Shown here in pieces: positions 42,032 through 53,100 of a DNA stretch of 64,000 nt. Source of the stretch: Histomonas meleagridis 2922-C6/04-290x (Eukaryota; Protista; Parabasalia); NCBI GenBank assembly GCA_020184695.1, contig JAANOX010000116.1, forward strand, positions 76,750 through 140,749, read 5' to 3'. Position 1 is the first letter of the stretch; each line of letters starts with the position of its first letter. Below the pieces are notes generated by a model that was not told the origin of the DNA, did no database searches, and saw only the letters and a list, made by a program, of their open reading frames with translations. The translations under genes and the position numbers were made by a program.

Positions 42032-43423
42032 TTATTTAGTGAAACCTCGAAGCGAAAAAACGCCGAATAACAAAACTCCGATTGAAGCAATTGTCAAAAG
42101 GTTATGAGATTTAATCTTTTTCCTTTCATTACTCTTTTTCTTTGATATATTATTTCCGGCAATTTTCAACAGTTCCAATTCTTTTTCATTCATATTATCT
42201 TCAATTAAAATGAAATCCGGATATCCATATTTATAACATTTAGACAAAATGTAAGCAGATTCTGAATTTCCTTTTTCTGCTTCTTTTTTAAGGATATAAA
42301 ACCAATTTTCATTAGCCTTCATAAGTGTTTCTATTCGTTTTAAATCAGTGTATTTCTCGTAATAAAATATCGATTCAATTAAATCCTTTGAAACTCCTTT
42401 ACCAAGTTCTAACATTTGTGAATAATACTTACAACAATCAATCGAATTTAAATCCGCAGCTTTTTTATAATATTTAGCTGCTTCTTCAATATTTTTGATT
42501 TCGTTTTCAAGGATAAAAGCACAATTGACTGTCGATTGAACGTCGTCGAATTTTTCAGAACACTCTTTGAAATATTTGAATGACTCTTTGATGTCTTTTT
42601 TGACTTTTTCAGTGCCGATAGCAAGCGATAATCCGTAGTTGAACAACGATTGCTTGTGACCACTATCAGCGCCAAGCTTGCAATAATGTAATGCTAATGT
42701 TTCATCAATAGGTATACCTCCAAGTCCATAATGATAAATTTGCCATAATTTATAATGTGCCTCTTGAAAGCCTAAATCTGAAGCTAACTTATAATATGAA
42801 ACTGCTAATTTTTCGTTAATGGGAACACCAATGCCATACCAAAGGTGTTCCGCATAGGCATATGCACCATTGCTATTTCCTTTGTCTGCTGATGATTTGG
42901 CATAAAAAGATGATTTTTGTAAATCTTTTGTACAGCCAACTCCATTTTCATACATGGTACTAAGCTGAAGATCAGCATCAGAATGACCGAGAGATGAGCA
43001 TTTTTCAAATATTGAAAGTGCTTGCTTTTGTGATTGCAAATCTGATTGAAGAAGACATTTTCCATACATATAAGTGGATTCAAGGTCCCCTTGATCTGAG
43101 CATGTCTTGAAGTATTTTAATGCATTCGTAAAATCATTTGATTGAAAATATTTCATCCCTAATTGGAATTGTGATTCGATGTTGTTTTCATCAACTTCGC
43201 CCGTTTGAGAATAAATTTTTTCATTAGATTCTGTTTCGTTTTTTGTTGCCTGTATTTTAGAAAAATAGCGAACATGTTTTGTGTTAATCTGTATTTCATA
43301 AGTTTTTAATAATTTTAGTTCAACACCTTTGAGAGAGCTTTTCCCATTGGAAAATGATATCTTGGGGTTGATTAATAAATTTTTTGCTTTGAACTTAGCA
43401 AAGCAACATTTTTGGGTAAGCAT
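42032..43423 (-). CDS. Sel1-repeat protein with C-terminal TM anchor
   Basis: Repeated A..G...A...L...Y..G.G units (MYENGVGCTKDL, LWYGIGVPINEKLA) and a hydrophobic tail. Inr TCACTTT just before ATG 43423 favours it over ATG 43435. Confidence 0.85.
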   Translation of the reverse strand: MLTQKCCFAKFKAKNLLINPKISFSNGKSSLKGVELKLLKTYEIQINTKHVRYFSKIQATKNETESNEKIYSQTGEVDENNIESQFQLGMKYFQSNDFTNALKYFKTCSDQGDLESTYMYGKCLLQSDLQSQKQALSIFEKCSSLGHSDADLQLSTMYENGVGCTKDLQKSSFYAKSSADKGNSNGAYAYAEHLWYGIGVPINEKLAVSYYKLASDLGFQEAHYKLWQIYHYGLGGIPIDETLALHYCKLGADSGHKQSLFNYGLSLAIGTEKVKKDIKESFKYFKECSEKFDDVQSTVNCAFILENEIKNIEEAAKYYKKAADLNSIDCCKYYSQMLELGKGVSKDLIESIFYYEKYTDLKRIETLMKANENWFYILKKEAEKGNSESAYILSKCYKYGYPDFILIEDNMNEKELELLKIAGNNISKKKSNERKKIKSHNLLTIASIGVLLFGVFSLRGFTK

Positions 43424-43501
43424 AAAAGTGACCATAAATTCATAGTTTATTTGGTCAGTTAATCTATTTAACGGTCATCCAAGATTTTTAAAAATTTAAA
43501 A

Positions 43502-44074
43502 ATGTTTACTCTTTTTGATGGAATTATTCATAAAATTATTGATAGTCGAACTAAAAAAACGACAGTTTTGATCTTAGGTATTGATGGATCAGGTAAAACT
43601 ACACTTAAAGAAGTTCTATGTCAACACGCAAACCCAACACGAAAACCTAAAAAAATATTTCCAACATATGGACTTAATACAGAGACTATTAAAGAAGGGA
43701 ATATAATGATTCGAATTTGGGATCTCAGTGGACGCCAAAATTTTCGAAGTCTTTGGGAAGATTATTATCGAAGTTGTGATTTAGTTCTTTATTTAGTTAA
43801 TGGACACCAAATTGAACGTATTCATGAGACACGTAAAATATTTGATGAACTTTTATGTCGTTCAGCGACAGCAACAACAACAACAGAAACATCAACAACA
43901 ACAACAACAGCAACAATGAAACCAATGATTGTGCTTTTATTTAATCAATGTGAGAATGATATTGTTGATATCTTTCCGAGTTCAGAACGTGTTCCAACAT
44001 TTTTTATTGATTTAGAGAAACATCAAAATATTTCAGAATTATATGAATATATCAAATCTACTTCACACTATTAA
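43502..44074 (+). CDS. ARF-like small GTPase, ARFRP1-like, atypical
   Basis: G1 GIDGSGKTT, switch TYGLN, G3 WDLSGRQ, SLWEDYY; degenerate G4 NQCE; poly-Thr insert. Confidence 0.8.
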   Translation: MFTLFDGIIHKIIDSRTKKTTVLILGIDGSGKTTLKEVLCQHANPTRKPKKIFPTYGLNTETIKEGNIMIRIWDLSGRQNFRSLWEDYYRSCDLVLYLVNGHQIERIHETRKIFDELLCRSATATTTTETSTTTTTATMKPMIVLLFNQCENDIVDIFPSSERVPTFFIDLEKHQNISELYEYIKSTSHY

Positions 44075-44357
44075 TGAAATTTTTGTTTTGTTTTAATTTG
44101 TTTTTATTGTCAAAACAAAAATTCATATTTTAAGTGTTGGATAAAATATATTTTTCCTCATTAATTTTGTACATAAATGCTCAATGAAATTAATAAAAAT
44201 GTTTGAATTTGTCTATTTATTAAATTTTACACTTTTGAATATCTTTGCAATCAGTTGGTTTTATAAATAAATAACCAATCAATATCAATTTTCTGACTTT
44301 TGGATGCAATAATAAATGCATCTTTCTCATTAGTAAATAAAAGAACAAAAAGAACAA

Positions 44358-44631
44358 ATGCAAATCAAAAAGAAAACATTTTTTTTCGGATGTTGTGCAA
44401 TCCAGTACATCCGGGATTGCACAACAAAAGTCTCAAAATGTGGATTTGGATGCTCAACCAAACCAAAGTATACAATTGCCAACAATTCGAAAGTTTTCTT
44501 CAACACCAAACAATGCTGTTGCTTCTGATGAATGTGATAACAGTAATACAGACAATAATAATAACGTCGTTCATAGGACAGTTAGGATTTCAAAGTCACA
44601 GAACTTTAGAAGAGTGATCCTAACACAATAA
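44358..44631 (+). CDS. Possible small low-complexity protein; needs a 1-nt correction in a T8 run near 44380
   Basis: ATG 44358 joins ORF 44395-44631 if T8 is read as T7; three overlapping frames make the call ambiguous. Confidence 0.25.
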
Positions 44632-44941
44632 AAAATAAATAAACCTCAATACATTCCTGGATGTTGCTCTTTTTATAATGTAATTGGTTGGTGTAATGCG
44701 CTTTGAATAATGCTTAGAAAATTTGATTTGGATTTAAATATATAAATTAAAGAGTATTTTGATTACCAAAAGATGCTGTATGGAATGCGTTTGGGAAAAA
44801 CTAGTATTATTGTTCAAATAGAATATAATGAAACATTTATAATCATTTTTTAGTGCATTTGTAAAGGCACAAGTTTCATGTTGTTGTTAAGGCAAAATCA
44901 AAATGCTTGTGATAATCAAAAAAAAAATTAAAAATAAGATA

Positions 44942-45654
44942 ATGGGAGAAGAAAAGGAAACAAAAAATTGCAGCAGCCGTTTAAAAGACGTTTATTTGCA
45001 ATGAAGAAATTTAAGCACGAATGGAATGGTCCAACTGCAATTGGATTTGATGAAGATGAACAAAATGAAATAATTGAAATTCGAAGGAAACTTCGTAAAG
45101 CACTTTCACGTCGCCGCAGTCGTTTGGAAAATATTCAATCTCTTCAACAAAAGCAAAACTACATAGAAAACAGGTTCAATCAAAATTTAATGACATTAGA
45201 TCTTCATAGCGCTGCTCTTAAATATGATAAAAGAAAACTTCATGGTATTAATATTGGAATTGCAGAATATTTAGTAGATTCTTCCTTCCAAATCAAAGAA
45301 TTTGAGTCGGAATCTCGTGGCCTAATTACAAAAAACAAAGAAAAGTTAAAACAATTGGAAGAAAAGAAAAAAGCAGATTTTCAAAATGATATGAAACCGC
45401 TAGAAAAAGAGCTACAACAAAAAAGGCAAAAAGCTGAGGAATTAGAGGCAGAAGCAAGAAGTCTTGATGAAAAGGCTCGCCAAAAACAAAGGCAAATGGA
45501 GCAATACAAAGAATACCAAGAATGGGTTTCATTAAGTAATGAATACAACAGACTTTGTGATGAAGCGATTGCACTGGAAAGAAGCCTTCCAAAGGAAAAA
45601 AGTATTTCCAAACCAATGCAAAGGAAAAACTTACACACAAGATTCTTTGATTAA
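44942..45654 (+). CDS. Hypothetical coiled-coil protein
   Basis: Long K/E/Q heptad ORF. First in-frame ATG is 45001; ATG 44942 joins if A6 at 44962-44967 is really A7. Confidence 0.65.
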
Positions 45655-46051
45655 ATTGTTATATAAATTCGTATTAATATTTATTTCATTATAACTTTTT
45701 TGATATATTAGAAAAGACGCGTAAGTTATAAAATCTGTTTACTTTCATACAACTACGAAGAATTGCTTGAAAAAAATATATAATGATCCTTGTGCTAGAA
45801 GATATTTATCACCGAAAATGCAGAAGATTTTAACTTTTACAAATGCATCAAATTGTAAGTTGTTAAAAATGAAAGGCCTTAAACAACAGCTTCTTCAAAA
45901 AAGAATTATGAGTGAAATAAAATGGTATAATTTAACATCTGTTCATTTAACTTTGTATGTATATATATACTTTTTTTATTTGTTAATAAAAAGCTCCTAA
46001 TGAATGACACTCTTATCAAGGTAGACAGTTTTCCATAGTGTCTTTTAATAC

Positions 46052-48110
46052 TATATATTAAACTCGACTTGCGATTTCCACCCATCGTATATAGCGATCA
46101 TCCTACGATCTTGATATCATGAATATATAATATATATACATTATTACATCTATGATTAATATATATCTAAGAATAATATCATAATTAGCACGAGATAGAT
46201 CTATTCTTTCATACCAAAAAGTGACAAAAAAATTGACTTTTTGTATGGTTTATATCAAGCGATAGCAGCAACGATAAGTGACGATAGCAGCGAATTTGAA
46301 TGATGGTAAATTTCACGATATTTTTACCCTTTCCTCGAAAAGATATTTATTTACATCATTGTAATTTGTCAACAGCCAAATTAAACGATTCTTGGTTTGT
46401 TAAAAAATAAAAATATTGATATTTTATCATAGAATCGTGATTTGTTTTTTATTCCAAATAATTATATGAAATCTTGATTTTCTTGAATTTATTGAAAAAA
46501 TGAATGATGTGATAATTTTCGTAATACCTTAATGATGTACTTATTTAACCTGATTAATGATTTATTATCAATAAAATAGTTTCTGTAGAATTACATATTC
46601 TTGAAATATCTTGAGACAAACGATACATTTTTTTCTGAAAAAAACGATTCTAAAGCATTGAATTTATTTGATGATTTTTTAATTTTTGTATTTTAGCAAA
46701 ATGTTTAATTTTATTGAATGAATATTATACAAATTCAATTAGCAAATTATCTTTAAAATACTGACTTGAGATAAATTTATCGATATCTCATATACTCATG
46801 TGCTTTCAAATTTTAAATATATTACATTTTTCGAATTATCCGACATTATATGTAATGATGTTGATTTCTCTATTTTTCCGAATATGATTCGATACCACCG
46901 CTTCCTGAGCAAACAAAATTCGAAAATTGTTTTTGAGAACGATACGAGCTGATTGAGTGATTTTTATACGTCATTGCCCAAATAATTTCTGAATTTTTAA
47001 TTTCTAAATAGATTAAGATATTATTCTTAGTTTTAAATTAATCATAGATGCAACTATGTATTTATATATTATATGTCCATAATATCAAGATCGTAGGATG
47101 ATCGCTATATACGAACATAAGTTATTAATATCATTCTACATGTTCAAGCGGTTCGAAGTCAAATTTGAATGAGTGGACGTATAAAAATCACTCAATCAGC
47201 TCGTATCGTTCTCAAAAACAATTTTCGAATTTTGTTTGCTCAGGAAGCGGTGGTATCGAATCATATTCGGAAAAATAGAGAAATCAACATCATTACATAT
47301 AATGTCGGATAATTCGAAAAATGTAATATATTTAAAATTTGAAAGCACATGAGTATATGAGATAAAAAAAATCGATAAATTTATCTCAAGTCAGTATTTT
47401 AAAGATAATTTGCTAATTGAATTTGTATAATATTCATTCAATAAAATTAAACATTTTGCTAAAATACAAAAATTAAAAAAAAAAAAAAATCATCAAATAA
47501 ATTCAATGCTTTAGAATCGTTTTTTTCAGAAAAAAATGTATCGTTTGTCTCAAGATATTTCAAGAATATGTAATTCTACAGAAACTATTTTATTGATAAT
47601 AAATCATTAATCAGGTTAAATAAGTACATCATTAAGGTATTACGAAAAATTATCACATCATTCATTTTTTCAATAAATTCAAGAAAATCAAGATTTCATA
47701 TAATTATTTGGAATAAAAAACAAATCACGATTCTATGATAAAATATCAATATTTTTATTTTTTAACAAACCAAGAATCGTTTAATTTGGCTGTTGACAAA
47801 TTACAATGATGTAAATAAATATCTTTTCGAGGAAAGGGTAAAAATATCGTGAAATTTACCATCATTCAAATTCGCTGCTATCGTCACTTATCGTTGCTGC
47901 TATCGCTTGATATAAACCATACAAAAGTCAATTTTTGTCACTTTTTGGTATGAAAGAATAGATCTATCTCGTGCTAATTATGATATTATTCTTAGATATA
48001 TATTAATCATAGATGTAATAATGTATATATATTATATATTCATGATATCAAGATCGTAGGATGATCGCTATATACGATGGGTGGAAATCGCAAGTCGAGT
48101 TTAATATATA
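46052..48110. repeat. Long near-perfect inverted repeat (arms 46052-46972 and 47176-48110, ~200-bp spacer)
   Basis: Left arm tatatattaaactcgacttgcg...ttttatacgtc is the reverse complement of right arm gacgtataaaa...cgcaagtcgagtttaatatata; the differences I found are homopolymer lengths. Confidence 0.95.
46085..47114. mobile_element. Putative non-autonomous TIR element (MITE/foldback-like) with ~100-bp imperfect TIRs
   Basis: 46085-46184 is an inverted match to ~47014-47114 (first 33 bp identical, the rest roughly 80-85%). No ORF and no clear TSD. Confidence 0.4.
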
Positions 48111-48802
48111 TGTATCAATATATATTATAGTTGCAATATCAACTATTTAATATCATTAACCACCTGTTCTTGTAGATATACAATATATATATTATAAATT
48201 AATAAAAATATTATTTGAATAAGATCGTTTTTTTGTTTCAAATACATTTTCAAAAAATGATTTTTTTCTTATGGAAAGTAATTGATTCAGTTTCCTATTA
48301 CTTCATGAATATACAAACTTATATAAATAAATATTTCAATGAATTATATCAATACACAACTTTCAACCATTTAAAACATTTCAACCTCGATCGGAAGAAT
48401 ACATTTCATTAGTGATAACTTAATAAATTGATTATGATTTATATGTAATTTTATGTTTTGATATCTCTACATGATGTTAGTCCATCCATTATTATACATT
48501 TTCGATTAAATTACTTATCTTTCAAACATAATTTACTTCAAATATAATATATTCAAACAATTTATAAGATGTTTTAAAGCATTCACATGAAATTATAATT
48601 CATAGTATATTATTATACTATTATTATACTAGTAATATTACAAGTTTCAGATTCGATACTTTGATCGATTTATAATTGATTACCGATTTTACAAATGAAT
48701 CGAAACAAATTTTAAACAGAAAGAATTTAATTCAGGAAAATTACGTAATTTATATTTAATTCTCAATTTGACACGTATTTCCATATGATGAAAGAATTTT
48801 TA

Positions 48803-49843
48803 TTACTCTGCTGGATGCACTTCGTATGCCGAAGTTTCCTTAACCTTATTTCTGTTAGCGTATTGTTGGTAATTCTCCAGCACTCTATGTATCACAGACT
48901 TTGCTGTAAATTCCGGATAATCTGATTGTATTTCCTTGAATATTCCGAGTTGCTTCGGCACTCTAAACGCATCTTCGCCATTTAATCTCGATGGCGACGA
49001 ACCCTCGACAACGAGCGATGGATTGATTTGGTCCATTAACTCTTTGGTGATTACATATGGCGCGCCAATGATGACATCGTCGACGTATTTCATCGCAAGG
49101 ACATTAAGGACTCGTTCTTGGAGAGTAAGAATTGGCATCGATGGGCACATAAGGGCTTCCATTGTTCTGTCATCGTGAACACCAACAACTAAGTAATCGC
49201 CTAATTCTTTGGCTTTACGAAGAAATGAGACATGTCCCGGATGTAAAAGATCAAATGTACCATCAACATAGATGACTTTATCGCCATATTTGGGCTCTTT
49301 TTGATTGGAAAATTGGGCAATCCGATGGGTTGTTGGAATGTATGTATAAAGGGAAGCTGATGAACCAGCTATTTCACGAATGGCTGGAAGATTGATTCCT
49401 TCAGGTAACTCGGATTCAGGAAGACGAAGCATACGGCCAATGATGTTGGTTGTTGAGATGGCTTTGGTTCTTGGAACTGTTGCGAACATATTTGCTTTAC
49501 GAATTTCTTCATAACAATCATTACCATCACCATTTAAAACAATGTCATCGCCATGAACACAAGCTTCACATCCAAGATTTTTAACATAATCTACTTGAGC
49601 AGTATATGGTGCATTAGGAATTACTTTTGTAACCCATTTACAAGAAGAAACAATTTCCAATCTTTCTTGGAGAGTGAAAACAGGAGGACCTTTGTTAAGT
49701 TTAATTTCTTCATCATTATGAATTCCGACATATAATTCTTTTCCAAGTTGAGAAGCTTGCCTAAGGAAGTTAAAATGTCCAAAGTGAACAAGGTCATAAC
49801 ATCCATCGACATAAACACGATTATATTTAGGTTTTTGTTCCAT
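48803..49843 (-). CDS. PCYT2: Ethanolamine-phosphate cytidylyltransferase (two CT domains)
   Basis: DGCYDLVHFGH and DGTFDLLHPGH HxGH motifs, RTKAISTT. First ATG is at 49843. Confidence 0.92.
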   Translation of the reverse strand: MEQKPKYNRVYVDGCYDLVHFGHFNFLRQASQLGKELYVGIHNDEEIKLNKGPPVFTLQERLEIVSSCKWVTKVIPNAPYTAQVDYVKNLGCEACVHGDDIVLNGDGNDCYEEIRKANMFATVPRTKAISTTNIIGRMLRLPESELPEGINLPAIREIAGSSASLYTYIPTTHRIAQFSNQKEPKYGDKVIYVDGTFDLLHPGHVSFLRKAKELGDYLVVGVHDDRTMEALMCPSMPILTLQERVLNVLAMKYVDDVIIGAPYVITKELMDQINPSLVVEGSSPSRLNGEDAFRVPKQLGIFKEIQSDYPEFTAKSVIHRVLENYQQYANRNKVKETSAYEVHPAE

Positions 49844-50177
49844 TGAAGGCCTGAGCAAACGGTTAATTGAACGAAATCAGTGCTGTGACAAATTTGACAT
49901 GTGATATCAAAAGATCCTTGAATCCAAATTGCTTAATTCATGTTCCAAAATTGATATTTTCAATAATATTTTCATAGAATTGATTTGTTATTAATGTTTG
50001 TTAATCGGAAATTTGAATATTATTTCAATATATTTTAAACTGAGAGGATGAATGGTTAATTCATCACTTCATTTTATAACCGTCATTTCTAACAAAAGTG
50101 AATTCTGTCATCTCATCTTTTCACTGCTTTATTTTGAAATATATTCAAAAAGTAAACCGATTATTTTTAATGGAAAA

Positions 50178-53100
50178 ATGGCGGCTATTCATTCTCTAAT
50201 GGGTGAATTGAATATAACCCTTTCTGTTCCTTATTCTAGCGAACCGACAGTCCAAGCAACTGTTTCTGCAAGCTCAACAATTGGAGATCTGTTTCAAAGG
50301 GCAGTACATGTTTTCAATGCAATTCCAAACATTTCATCCTATGAAATCCTTGTGTCTTTAACTGATGGAACATATGCTTTCGCAGGCAGTGAAGAAGCTC
50401 TCGGTAACTTCAACATACCTAAAGCAGCTAAGGTCATACTTGTTCCTAAAGAATATGAAGTCGAAGTCACTTATGAATCATTAAAACCATTCAAAATCAT
50501 GGTTGCAGCTCGCGAGCCAACCCAATCTATTGTCACTCACGTTTGTGAACAAATAGGTTCAATGAATCCAAAAGATTTCATTTTAGCAGATGGTGACTTT
50601 GCACTTATTGATTCTCTTTCACTTGCTGAGCAACGCCCAGGTGTTACCAAACTCCAGATTGTTGATTCATCTTCCGAAAGCATCAAAGTTAAATTCATGG
50701 ATGTATATCTTCGAGGTCCAGTTTATTTATCATATTCAGATGCTCTTAATCTTTCAGCTTATCTTCTTCAAGCCACAAAAGGACCTTCCAGATGTTATAA
50801 AGGTACGTCAGCAGCATTAAATAATTACATGCCAAAACGTTTCCAATCTATAGCAGGTGCAGGTGAAGAACTTTTCATTCATTGGGAATTTCTTCGTGAT
50901 ACCACACGTACCAAAGCCATTAAATTATTTACATCCAAAGTTCAATTACTTCCATTGTTTAACTGTACATCATTTTCAGGTGAACGTATGCGTAAAGACA
51001 AGACATCCAATTTACCACAAGAATTTGAAATCATTGTCACTGATAAGCGTCTCATCTTTTTGGACTATAAGTTATTTAAGACACGTATCTCAATTGCGTA
51101 CAGAGATCTCTTAGAGATTGAACGTGATGATGATGAAATTGAGATTACATATAGTGATGATGCAGAAAACATCAAGAAAGTCAAATTTGAGACCAACACA
51201 TCAAAGTCACTTTTGCGTAAACTTATCGAAGTCAACAAATCCGAAGAAGAAGCCGAAAATTATGAAATTTCAGGAAGCACACAAAACTATGTATTCCATA
51301 AAATTGAAGAATTAAAAGAAGACAAGAACCGAATTCAATTTTTCCCCACCGATTTCATCTATAAATTTGTTAACACTGATGAAACAGAACCACGAATTAC
51401 ATATTTTGAATTAATGCATGCGTTATTAATTCGAGCCGATAGTTGTGCATGGCATTTATCAGTTTTAATTGGTAAAGCTAAGAACCAAACATTAAAATCA
51501 TTTAAGAATGAATTAGTTGCATATTACAAACGAATGATGGCTTATTTAACATATTTAACATATGATTATCGACCATATGATACTGCAATAGATTTAGGTC
51601 CAGTTTTATTAAATTTAGAGAATGAAACTAAGAAAGCTAAAGAAATCATTCAAGAAGTTCTTAAGAATTTATCATTTGTTAAACAAATGTTTATCCCAAT
51701 TTCATCCGACGCTATTTATGTCTCATCGAATAATGTTATTGCATATGTATTATCACATTTATTCTCAAACATTGAATTTAAATATGCGACAACAGAATCC
51801 AATAAGTTAGAAGTCTTTGATCAAATAATTAAAGAATTTAATGATAATTTTATCCAAATGAAAGAATATATTCGTCAATATATCTTCTCAGTAGGTTCAG
51901 TTGACTTTAAGAATGATTTACAAAAGACATTAGACTTTGTCTTTACACATTTCTTATTATCATTAGATAAATTATCAATTATTGTTGATACATCTGAATT
52001 TAAACAATTAGATCCATCAATAATATTACATCAAGATTCTTGTAATATAATGATGGAAAACATTGTTCAATTCTCACATTTAATTTGGGCTGATCGTCAA
52101 GCATTATCACAAGATCATTTAGCTAAGTTCCTTGAACAAGCAGCAATGTTAGCTAATTCATTATTAAGTGATACGACTAAATATAATTTACATGTATCCG
52201 CAATTTCACAATTCTTAAAGATCGCACGCTTAAATTTAGTTGGATTAAATTCTACACTTAAATCAATCTTTACACATTTCGTAGTATATGCAGAACGATT
52301 TATTTCTACATATGAAAGAGTTCCATCATTTGAACCACCACATATGATGTTAAAGTTATTACAAATCTCTTCATTACTTGTAGTAGCACAACCATTAATC
52401 CATCCAAAAGAAATTGATATTATTCTTAAACAATTAAATCGAATAGCAGTTGAATCATATAATAAAATCATTGAAGATATTCCTACATTTGATTTATTAC
52501 TTGAAGAAGGACGTAATTCAAATATAGCTGCATTAAAATGTTATATTGTCGATAACTTAAAGAAATGTGAAACAGAAAAACCAATTTCTGAAATCATTAA
52601 TGATTCATTACCATTATTTGCATTACAACAATTAATAGGACGATTAGTAAGTGAATGGTGTCCAATTTTATTAAATATTTTCTTCTCACATTTAACATTT
52701 ATTCAAGCATTCTTTGCACATTTAATATTCCAAGCTAAACAAGATGTAATTTCTGGTAAAATTAAAGTTTCGCCATTATTACAAAAATCTATTGAAGGAT
52801 TAACTAAATTTGATGAAAGTTCTTTATGGTTACCTGAATTAAATAATGAAACATTAAAGAAAACTACATTAATCTTTGAAGGTGATAATGAACATTTTGG
52901 AGAAATATTAAAACTTTTAAGAATTGGTAGTGATGCTTATACCGGATTGATAATACCAAAGATTACTACACATGAACAAGTTAAAATATTAATCGATGCA
53001 ACATGTTGTATCTCACAACAAGCTTATAATGCTGTTAGTATGACATTACAAAATGATATCTCTAAAGCTATGGCTTCATTTGCACCATTATATTTAATGT

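Noticed and set aside
45767-46000. 77-aa ORF next to the palindrome as a candidate transposase fragment
   Set aside because: TTG start, low-complexity tail and no recognisable motif.
47169-47760. Possible decayed transposase reading frame in the palindrome arm (MSGRIKITQSARIVL...)
   Set aside because: About eight stops in ~190 codons and no DDE or other recognisable motif; not distinguishable from AT-rich noise.
50055-50098. Possible short intron ending TCTAACAAAAG upstream of the FERM gene
   Set aside because: It does not match the parabasalid branch/3' splice consensus (ACTAACACACAG or TCTAAC..AACAG) and is not needed to build the ORF.
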